From NCBI GenBank assembly GCA_965637545.1, contig OZ281496.1, forward strand, positions 27,776,001 through 27,840,000: a stretch of 64,000 nucleotides of DNA, written 5' to 3'. The notes beneath the pieces are model-generated. The model was not told the origin of the DNA and searched no databases. It saw nothing but the letters and a program-made list of their open reading frames with translations. Positions 1 through 10,044 of this stretch are shown here, piece by piece. Source of the DNA: Phallusia mammillata. Its lineage: Eukaryota. The first letter of the stretch is position 1. Every line of letters begins with the position of its first letter. Position numbers and translations under genes: made by a program.

Positions 1-555
1 CGCGATGTCATGCCACCTATTTGCCAAGTAACCAAAATTTATGCCTCCCGCAATCAATCATTTGGCACAAGAAAAGCAGCTGCCTTAGGATGGTTGAAGT
101 GACGTTTCTGAAGCAAGCGTTCTGATTGGTTGAAAGAAAGGAAAATAGGGGAACCGGGGAACTGTCATTCTTTCTTTAGCAACTGTTGGTGAAGGTCTGT
201 GTCGAAGTTTGTCAGGCGGAGAATTAGCAGGTGACTATTTGGTTATAGATAGGACTTTGTGGGAGTAGTAGCAATGTATGTTGAAGGACAGTGTAATCAA
301 TACATATAATGCTGCTGTTTATTTTTTTTCTGGTCTTAGGGATTGTTTCAGGATTCATGTCAGGGAGATACGTTATGGTGAAATTGGTTGACTGGCAGGA
401 TCAAACCTAGAAAGCGGCAGGCGTGACGATTTTCTGTTATGATGCAGAGGGTCTGTTCTGTTAGTTCAGGCAAAATTAAAGGTAAGTTTGGATAATGATC
501 ACTTCTACGTTATATAATTTTTGTGTCTATTTAATTTGACATTCGTGTTGTAGTT

Positions 556-2990
556 TAATTTAATCAGCTTTGTTTTGTTTTAGTTTCAGAATTCATCATC
601 ATCATCATCCAGCGGACACTTCCACTTTTGTGTGTTATTTGTTTGTCTATCGTTGCATGTCTTTTGTGTTTTATGTTTTGTTTATTCTGTTTTTAATCAG
701 CTTTGTTTTAGTTTCAGAATTCATCATCATCATCCAGCGGACTCTTCCACTTTTGTGTGTTATTTGTTTGTTGTGTTTATCGTTCCGTAATTTTTGTGTT
801 TTATGTTTTATTATTGTGTTTTATTGTAGTATAGAATAATTTAATCAGCTTTGTTTTAGTTTCAGAATTCATCAACATCCAGAGGACCTTCTTCGGTTTT
901 TGTGTGTTATTTGTTTGTTTGTTCTTTCATCGCTGCGTGTTTTTTTATGTTTTTTTTTGTTGTGTTTTATCTAGTATTAGTATAGATTAATTTAATCAGC
1001 TTTGTTTTAGTTTCAGAATTCATCAACATCCAGAGGACCTTCTTCGGTTTTTGTGTGTTATTTGTTTGTTCTTTCATCGCTCCGTGTTTTTTATGTGTTT
1101 TTTTATTGTGTTTTATCTAGTATTAGTATAGATTAATTTAATCAGCTTTGTTTTAGTTTCAGAATTCATCAACATCCAGAGGACCTTCTTCGGTTTTTGT
1201 GTGTTATTTGTTTGTTCTTTCATCGCTCCGTGTTTTTTATGTGTTTTTTTATTGTGTTTTATCTAGTATTAGTATAGATTAATTTAATCAGCTTTGTTTT
1301 AGTTTTAGAATTCATCAACATCCAGAGGACCTTCTTCGGTTTTTGTGTGTTATTTGTTTGTTCTTTCATCGCTCCGTGTTTTTTATGTGTTTTTTTATTG
1401 TGTTTTATCTAGTATTAGTATAGATTAATTTAATCAGCTTTGTTTTAGTTTTAGAATTCATCAACATCCAGAGGACCTTCTTCGGTTTTTGTGTGTTATT
1501 TGTTTGTTTGTTCTTTCATCGCTGCGTGTTTGTTAATGTTTTTTTGTTGTGTTTTATCTAGTATTAGTATAGATTAATTTAATCAGCTTTGTTTTAGTTT
1601 CAGAATTCATCACATCCAGAGGACCTTCTTCGGTTTTTGTGTGTTATTTGTTTGTTCTTTCATCGTTGCGTGTTTTTTATGTGTTTTTTGTTGTGTTTTA
1701 TCTAGTATTAGTATAGATTAATTTAATCAGCTTTGTTTTAGTTTCAGAATTCATCAACATCCAGAGGACCTTCTTCGGTTTTTGTGTGTTATTTGTTTGT
1801 TTGTTCTTTCATCGCTGCGTGTTTGTTATGTTTTTTGTTGTGTTTTATCTAGTATTACTATAGACTAATTTAATCATCTTTGTTTTAGTTTTAGAATTCA
1901 TCAACATCCAGCGGACCTTCTTCGGTTTTTGTGTGTTATTTGTTTGTTTGTTCTTTCATCGCTGCGTGTTTGTTATGTTTTTTGTTGTGTTTTATCTAGT
2001 ATTATAGACTAATTTAATCAGCTTTGTTTTAGTTTTAGAATTCATCAACATCCAGAGGACCTTCTTCGGTTTTTGTGTGTTATTTGTTTGTTTGTTCTTT
2101 CATCGTTGCGTTTTATTTATGTTTTTTTGTTGTGTTTTATCTAGTATTAGTATAGATTAATTTAATCAGCTTTGTTTTAGTTTCAGAATTCATCACATCC
2201 AGAGGACCTTCTTCGGTTTTTGTGTGTTATTTGTTTGTTCTTTCATCGTTGCGTGTTTTTTATGTTTTTTTTGTTGTGTTTTATCTAGTATTAGTATAGA
2301 TTAATTTAATCAGCTTTGTTTTAGTTTCAGAATTCATCAACATCCAGAGGACCTTCTTCGGTTTTTGTGTGTTATTTGTTTGTTTGTTCTTTCATCGCTG
2401 CGTGTTTGTTATGTTTTTTGTTGTGTTTTATCTAGTATTACTATAGACTAATTTAATCAGCTTTGTTTTAGTTTTAGAATTCATCAACATCCAGCGGACC
2501 TTCTTCGGTTTTTGTGTGTTATTTGTTTGTTTGTTCTTTCATCGCTGCGTGTTTGTTATGTTTTTTGTTGTGTTTTATCTAGTATTATAGACTAATTTAA
2601 TCAGCTTTGTTTTAGTTTTAGAATTCATCAACATCCAGCGGACCTTCTTCGGTTTTTGTGTGTTATTTGTTTGTTCGTTCTTTCATCGTTGCGTTTTATT
2701 TATGTTTTTTTGTTGTGTTTTATCTAGTATTATTATAGATTAATTTAATCAGCTTTGTTTTAGTTTCAGAATTCATCAACATCCAGAGGACCTTCTCGGT
2801 TTTTGTGTGTTATTTGTTTGTTTGTTCTTTTATCGCTGCGTGTTTTTTGTTGTGTTTTATCTAGTATTATAGACTAATTTAATCAGCTTTGTTTTTCTTC
2901 GGTTCTTGTGTTTGTTCTTTTATCGTTGTGTGTTATTATTTGAATTTATTTTATCCTTTCATTAATTAATCGGCTGTGTTTTTGTTTCAG
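556..2990. repeat. ~146-bp T-rich tandem satellite, ~17-18 monomers, with an internal 4-monomer (~583 bp) duplication
   Basis: The monomer ttaatttaatcagctttgttttagtttcagaattcatcaacatccagaggaccttcttcggtttttgtgtg... recurs every 141-150 bp. Diagnostic variants (catcacatcc, tattactata, tattatagact) recur ~583 bp apart. Confidence 0.95.
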
Positions 2991-3986
2991 AATTCCGGAC
3001 CTTTCGCTTTTTGTGTATTTTCTGTTGCGTATTGTGTTGTGTTTTTGCGCCAAATTAATAAATTTTTCTAAAGTGTTTCTTTTCTAACCCCAAGGTGGGA
3101 ATTTTGTATTTGACGATTTTGTAAACATTTTTTCCTTGTGCTTGATAAGTAAGCAACGCTAATCGGTAGTTTTTTTTAATTTTGTATTTCACGAAAAACA
3201 AAAATCATGTCCCTGGGATTTATTTTCAAATCAAAGTGCATGTGTTGTTGCATTGTTTTCACCCTCACCTGAGGAAACTGCGTTCTGTCTCTCTCTCCAC
3301 GCTCCAATTTCAACTTCCTTCAGCACGACAAAATGAACAACTTGTATTTCACGAAAAAACAAGGGTACCGCCCGTATCCTCTGATCCTCAGCAGCGACAT
3401 CCATCGTCGTATTTAACGGGGCCGTTTACTCGGTCACAGACAACCCCTTCTATGCAACAGACCCTGTAAATTGTATTTTGCGAAAAACAACACTCAAATA
3501 CACTTTGACAGCATCGTCGTATTTAGTAGACAGTCCACGAGATGGGGACATTTTAAGCACACTAAGTGTCACGACCTTAGCGAAAAAAACATGTCGTTTG
3601 TTCATTTATCGTCTATGAATTGACCACACAGCGCTAAGTAGCATCAGAGCTCCGTTACGAAAAAATAAGCAGTTAATATTTGACGGTAAATCATAGCTCG
3701 CACCTCAGACAAATTGAAGCTCTGTTACGTAAATTGAGCACCGACACGACGCGAGCGAATATATTACAATTTTAAACATAAACACTTAAAACAAGGCAAA
3801 GGGAAAAAGCATCACATCAGTTACAGCAAATAGTAGTCAGATTGGAGACAACATATAAACGCTAAAATGTTTGTGTTCCGTCACAGTAATTCATCTTCGT
3901 CCACTTCAGCTTTAGTTCTATTTCTGGAAAATAAAAAAGCAAAGCAGCTTCAGGACGTCATTAATGGCATCATATTTTACAAAACA

Positions 3987-4059
3987 TTTTAATACTATAA
4001 CATGTAAAGACAGGATAAGTGCACGTTTAAACTGCCTTTCCATGTTGACATTATCAAAA
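3987..4059 (-). ncRNA. Intronic pre-miRNA-like hairpin, copy 1
   Basis: Minus strand TTTTGATAATGTCAACATGGAAAGGCAG..CTGTCTTTACATGTTATAGTATTAAAA; long stem by manual pairing. Confidence 0.5.
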
Positions 4060-4785
4060 CAACAATTATATTCAAAATTGATGTATAGCAGTTAACATAT
4101 ACTTGCCTGCATCAGTTGGCGAAATTCAGCTGCGGTAGGATGAAGAGATCACCGTAGAAAAAAGTGTTTCCTCCAATGCTGTGGCAGTCCCTGGAACAGA
4201 AACGTAAAACGTAAGATCTCTACGAACTGCCCAAACACTTGAAATATCGCTGAAGGCGAAGCAGCGCAAGCAGAATGGTCTTCATCATTTAATTAATTAT
4301 AATTATTCATCATAAAGTGAAGGTAGCATAGGTAATATTGTTTGTTAAATTACCTGTTTACTGATGAATAAATCGATCCCAGCATTCTTCTTGTGAATGG
4401 AGAGGGCCTTAAGAGCGAAGTTTCTTAAACATATAGAAAAAAAACAGTTAAAGGCGATTTATAGAATGTAACTAAGAGATTGCTAACTTGCATTTAGGGT
4501 GGAGTTTTAGATGCAAACTGGACTCCTTAATGCCTTTGCAACCGCAGTTGTATTCTATGTTGTCAGGTGCTTCGTCGACACTGCAAAACAAACGTTTAAG
4601 CTTCTAGAAGCACATAAGCTTAAATACACAATGAGCGTATAATAATATTTACTTACATATGAAACAATTTCATACGATTTTCCCAATGACTGTCCCATCC
4701 AAAAATCTTCGTCCACTTCAGCTTCAGTTGCTTTTCTGTAAAATAAAAAGCAAAGCAGCATCAGGACGTCATTAATGGCATCATA

Positions 4786-4858
4786 TTTTAATACTAGAAC
4801 ATGTAAAGACAGGATAAGTGCACGTTTACACTGCCTTTCCATGTTGACATTATCAAAA
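4786..4858 (-). ncRNA. Intronic pre-miRNA-like hairpin, copy 2
   Basis: Lies within the 170-nt intron 4736-4905. ~33-bp imperfect stem with an 8-nt loop ACGUGCAC. Confidence 0.55.
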
Positions 4859-5516
4859 CAACAATTATATTCAAAATTGATGTATAGCAGTTAACATATA
4901 CTTGCCTTTATCAGTTGACGAAGTCCGCGGTTGGATGAAGAGATCACCGTAGAAAAAAGTGTTTCCTCCAAATCGATAGCAGACCCTGGAACAGAAACGT
5001 AGATCGTGAAATCTGTACAAACTGCACAAATGGCACAAACAAATCGCCCAAGGCTAAGCGGGGGGCATCCTAAATGGCCTTCAGCATTTAATTAATCATT
5101 TGTCGTAAAGTAAAAGTGGCATAGGCAATATTGTGGGGTAAATTACCTGTTTACTGATGAATAAATCGATCCCAGCAGTCTTCTTGTAAATGGCGATGGC
5201 CTTAAGAGCGAAGTTACTGGAAACTACACACACAAAAACAGTTATAGGCGATTTATAGAATGTAAATAAGAGATTGCTAACCTACATTTGAGGTGGCGTT
5301 ATAGACGACTACAAAAAAGCGTTTAAGCTTATGGAAGCACAGAAGTTTATAAAAAATGTTTACTTACATATACCTAACGACTTTCCCATCAAAACATCGA
5401 AGTTGTTTTTTCAGTTCCGTCACATCTTCGTCCACTTCAGCTTCAGTTGTTTTTCTGTAAAATGAAAAGCAAAGCAGCATCAGGACGTCATTAATGGCAT
5501 CATATTTTACAAAACA

Positions 5517-5589
5517 TTTTAATACTAGAACATGTAAAGACAGGATAAGTGCACGTTTACACCGCCTTTCCATGTTGACATTATCAAAA
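5517..5589 (-). ncRNA. Intronic pre-miRNA-like hairpin, copy 3
   Basis: Same hairpin; an A>G change converts A:U to G:U and keeps the pair. Confidence 0.55.
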
Positions 5590-6316
5590 CAACAATTATT
5601 ATCAAAAATGACGTATAGCAGATAACATATACTTGCCTTCATCAGTTGGCGAAATTCAGCTGCGGTAGGATGAAGAGATCACCGTAGAAAAAAGTGTTTC
5701 CTCCAATGCTGTGGCAGACCCTGGAACAGAAACGTAAAACGTAAGATCTCTACGAACTGCCCAAACACTTGAAATATCGCTGAAGGCGAAGCAGCGCAAG
5801 CAGAATGGTCTTCATCATTTAATTAATTATAATTATTCATCATAAAGTAAAGGTAGCATAGGTAATATTGTTTGTTAAATTACCTGTTTACTGATGAATA
5901 AATCGATCCCAGCATTCTTCTTGTGAATGGAGAGGGCCTTAAGAGCGAAGTTTCTTAAACATATAGAAAAAAAAACAGTTAAAGGCGATTTATAGAATGT
6001 AACTAAGAGATTGCTAACTTGCATTTAGGGTGGAGTTTTAGATGCAAACTGGACTCCTTAATGCCTTTGCAACCGCAGTTGTATTCTATGTTGTCAGGTG
6101 CTTCGTCGACACTGCAAAACAAACGTTTAAGCTTCTAGAAGCACAGAAGCTTAAATACACAATGAGCGTATAATAATATTTACTTACATATGAAACGATT
6201 TCATACGATTTTCCCAATGACTGTCCCATCCAAAAATCTTCGTCCACTTCAGCTTCAGTTGCTTTTCTGTAAAATAAAAAGCAAAGCAGCATCAGGACGT
6301 CATTAATGGCATCATA

Positions 6317-6389
6317 TTTTAATACTAGAACATGTAAAGACAGGATAAGTGCACGTTTACACTGCCTTTCCATGTTGACATTATCAAAA
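6317..6389 (-). ncRNA. Intronic pre-miRNA-like hairpin, copy 4
   Basis: Same hairpin sequence as copy 2. Confidence 0.55.
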
Positions 6390-7045
6390 CCACAATTATA
6401 TTCAAAATTGATGTATAGCAGTTAACATATACTTGCCCTTATCAGTTGACGAAGTCCGCGGTTGGATGAAGAGATCACCGTAGAAAAAAGTGTTTCCTCC
6501 AAATCGATAGCAGACCCTGGAACAGAAACGTAGATCGTGAAATCTGTACAAACTGCACAAATGGCACAAACAAATCGCCCAAGGCTAAGCGGGGGGCATC
6601 CTAAATGGCCTTCAGCATTTAATTAATCATTTGTCGTAAAGTAAAAGTGGCATAGGCAATATTGTGGGGTAAATTACCTGTTTACTGATGAATAAATCGA
6701 TCCCAGCAGTCTTCTTGTAAATGGCGATGGCCTTAAGAGCGAAGTTACTGGAAACTACACACAAAAACAGTTATAGGCGATTTATAGAATGTAAATAAGA
6801 GATTGCTAACCTACATTTGAGGTGGCGTTATAGACGACTACAAAAAAGCGTTTAAGCTTATGGAAGCACAGAAGTTTATAAAAAATGTTTACTTACATAT
6901 ACCTAATGGCTTTCCCATCAAAACATCGAAGTTGTTTTTTCAGTTCCGTCACATCTTCGTCCACTTCAGCTTCAGTTGTTTTTCTGTAAAATGAAAAGCA
7001 AAGCAGCATCAGGACGTCATTAATGGCATCATATTTTACAAAACA

Positions 7046-7118
7046 TTTTAATACTAGAACATGTAAAGACAGGATAAGTGCACGTTTAAACTGCCTTTCC
7101 ATGTTGACATTATCAAAA
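7046..7118 (-). ncRNA. Intronic pre-miRNA-like hairpin, copy 5
   Basis: Same hairpin; G>U variant near the apical stem. Confidence 0.55.
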
Positions 7119-7859
7119 CAACAATTATTATCAAAAATGACGTATAGCAGTTAACATATACTTGCCTTCATCAGTTGGCGAAATTCAGCCGCGGTAGGAT
7201 GAAGAGATCACCGTAGGAACAAGGTTTTTCCTCCAATGCTGTGGCAGACCCTGGAACAGAAACGTAAAACGTAAGATCTCTACGAACTGCCCAAACACTT
7301 GAAATATCGCTGAAGGCGAAGCAGCGCAAGCAGAATGGTCTTCATCATTTAATTAATTATAATTATTCATCATAAAGTAAAGGTAGCATAGGTAATATTG
7401 TTTGTTAAATTACCTGTTTACTGATGAATAAATCGATCCCAGCATTCTTCTTGTGAATGGAGAGGGCCTTAAGAGCGAAGTTTCTTAAACATATAGAAAA
7501 AAAAAACAGTTAAAGGCGATTTATAGAATGTAACTAAGAGATTGCTAACTTGCATTTAGGGTGGAGTTTTAGATGCAAACTGGACTCCTTAATGCCTTTG
7601 CAACCGCAGTTGTATTCTATGTTGTCAGGTGCTTCGTCGACACTGCAAAACAAACGTTTAAGCTTCTAGAAGCACATAAGCTTAAATACACAATGAGCGT
7701 ATAATAATATTTACTTACATATGAAACGATTTCATACCATTTTCCCAATGACTTTCCCATCCAAACAACTTCGTCCGCTTCAGTTTCAGTTGCTTTTCTG
7801 TAAAATAAAAAGCAAAGCAGCATCAGGACGTCATTAATGGCATCACATTTTACAAAACA

Positions 7860-7932
7860 TTTCGATACTGCAACATGTAAAGACAGGATAAGTGCACGTT
7901 TACACCGCCTTTCCATGTTGACATTATCAAAA
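7860..7932 (-). ncRNA. Intronic pre-miRNA-like hairpin, copy 6
   Basis: The 3' arm variant CATGTTGCAGTATCGAAA keeps or improves pairing (C:G, G:C, U:G). Confidence 0.55.
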
Positions 7933-9242
7933 CAACAATTATATTCAAAATTGACGTATAGCAGATAACATATACTTGCCTTTATCATTTGACGAAGTCC
8001 GCGGTTGGATGAAGAGATCACCGTAGAAACAGGTGTTTCCTCCAAATCGATAGCAGACCCTGGAACAGAAACGTAGATCGTGAAATCTGTACAAACTGCA
8101 CAAATTGCACAAACATATCGCTCAAGGCTAAGCGGGGGTACCCTAAATGGCCATCAGCATTTAATTAATTTTTTATTGTGAAGTAAAAGTGGCATAGGCA
8201 ATATTGTGGTGCAAATTACCTGTTTACTGATGAATAAACCGATCCCGGCAATCTTCTTGTAAATGACAAAAAAGGCCTTGAGAGCGAAGTTTCTGGAAAG
8301 TTTAGAAAAACACAGTTAAACGCGGTTTATAGAATGTAACTAAGAAATTGCTAACTTACATTTTAAGGTGGATGCAAACTGGACCCCTTGATGCTTTTGC
8401 CACCGCAGTTGTATTCTATGTTGTCAGGTGCTTCGTCGAACGACTGCAAAAAAGTTTAAGCTTATGGAAGCACAGAAGTGTCTAAAAAATGTTTACTTAC
8501 ATATGATAGATAGTGTTTCATACGATTTTCCCAATGGCTTTCCCATCGAAACAGGGTAGTTGTTTTTAATGCTTCTGATGCTCCGACAAACATCTGCAAC
8601 AAAACTGATATCAGAATTCGGGTTTAACCTAAAATAAGCTAAATACAAGATGTATAACTTCTACCTTTGCTGACCCAATATGCAAACCGCAGTGACATGC
8701 AAAACCGTAAGTGCAACATGCGAAGAACAAGAGGTTTGCTATTCGTTGCAGCAACGGAAAGAATGCCTGCATTGACACGCCTGTAAACAATAAAATTACC
8801 TTCAAATTTTTCGATGTTTTTGAGTTTTTGACGATTCCTTTCTTCTTGAACAAGAGTCACTGAAGAAATAATGCAATTGTAAAACTTTGGCCTTGATGAA
8901 GGCCAAATACAAAGCTTCAAAAATTATAGATTTGAAAAAAAACACAAAACTTACTGAGAAAGACTTGAATTGGTTTTTGCAGGTCTTCCCTCAACGCCAA
9001 CTTTTCTTCACTGCGTGTTACTAAAGAAAGAACGACAAAAGGAAACTTTTGGAAAAATACTAAGCAGCAAGAAAATAAATAGCACCTTGCAAGATCCGAA
9101 TGTGTATTAATTTCGCAGTTACTGAGAAATTATGTCTTGTCAAGATCCAAAGACGCCTGCTTCAGCTTTAGTTGTTTTTCTGTAAAATGAATATCAAAGC
9201 AGAATAAGGACGTCATTATTTGTATCATATTTTACAAAACAT

Positions 9243-9313
9243 ATTCATATTACAACATGTAAAGACATGATAAGTGCACGTTAAACTGCCTTTCCATGTT
9301 GACATTGTCAAAA
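9243..9313 (-). ncRNA. Intronic pre-miRNA-like hairpin, copy 7 (diverged lower stem)
   Basis: Upper stem retained, with several mismatches in the basal stem. Confidence 0.4.
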
Positions 9314-9971
9314 CAACAATTATATACAAAATTGACGTATAGCAGTCAACATATATTTGCCTCCATCGGTTGACGAAATTCAGCCGCGGTAGGATGAAGA
9401 GATCACCGTAGGAACAAGGTTTTTCCTCCAATTCGGTAGCAGACCCTGAAACAGAAACGTAGATCGTAAAATCTGTACAAACTGCACAAACATATCGCTC
9501 GCTCAAAGGTAAGCGGGGTGCACCCTGAATGGCCTTCAGCATTTATTTAATCATTTGTCGTGAAGTAAATGTGTCATAGGCAATATTGTGGGGTAAATTA
9601 CCTGTTTACTGATGAATAAATCGATCCCAGCGGTCTTCTTGTGAATGGAGAGGGCCTTAAGGGCGAAGTTTCTGGAAAGTACAGAAAAAAAAACAGTTAT
9701 AGGCGACTTATGGAATGGAACTAAGAGATTGCTAACCTACATTTAAGGTGGCGTTATAGACGACTACAAAAAAACGTTTAAGCTTATGGAAGCACAGAAG
9801 TTTCTAAAAAATGTTTACTTTCATATACCTAATGGCTTTCCCATCAAAACATCGAAGTTGTTTTTTCAGTTCCGTCACACCTTCGTCCACTTCAGTTTCA
9901 GTTGTTTTTCTGTAAAATTAAAAGCAAAGCAGCATCAGGACGTCATTAATGGCATCATATTTTACAAAACA

Positions 9972-10044
9972 TTTTAATACTACAACATGTAAAGACAGGA
10001 TAAGTGCACGTTTACACTGCCTTTCCATGTTGACATTATCAAAA
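9972..10044 (-). ncRNA. Intronic pre-miRNA-like hairpin, copy 8
   Basis: Same hairpin; the CATGTTGTAG variant adds a C:G pair. Confidence 0.55.

Noticed and set aside
570-839. ORF 570-839 as a gene
   Set aside because: It is a low-complexity translation of the T-rich satellite.
556-2990. CRISPR-like array
   Set aside because: Whole monomers repeat with no unique spacers, there are no cas genes, and the context is eukaryotic.
4200-4350. Box C/D snoRNA (two ATGATGA boxes on the minus strand)
   Set aside because: There is no downstream CTGA D box, and the B monomer has ATGCTGA.
4455-4470. TATA box (CTATAAAT) in each 750-bp monomer
   Set aside because: It sits just before a branch-like TTAAC, a poly-T tract and an AG, so it is intronic.
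4545-4575. Spliced-leader RNA gene (plus-strand ATTCTATGTTGTCAG|GT)
   Set aside because: Only the first bases resemble the ascidian SL as I recall it, and I found no Sm site.
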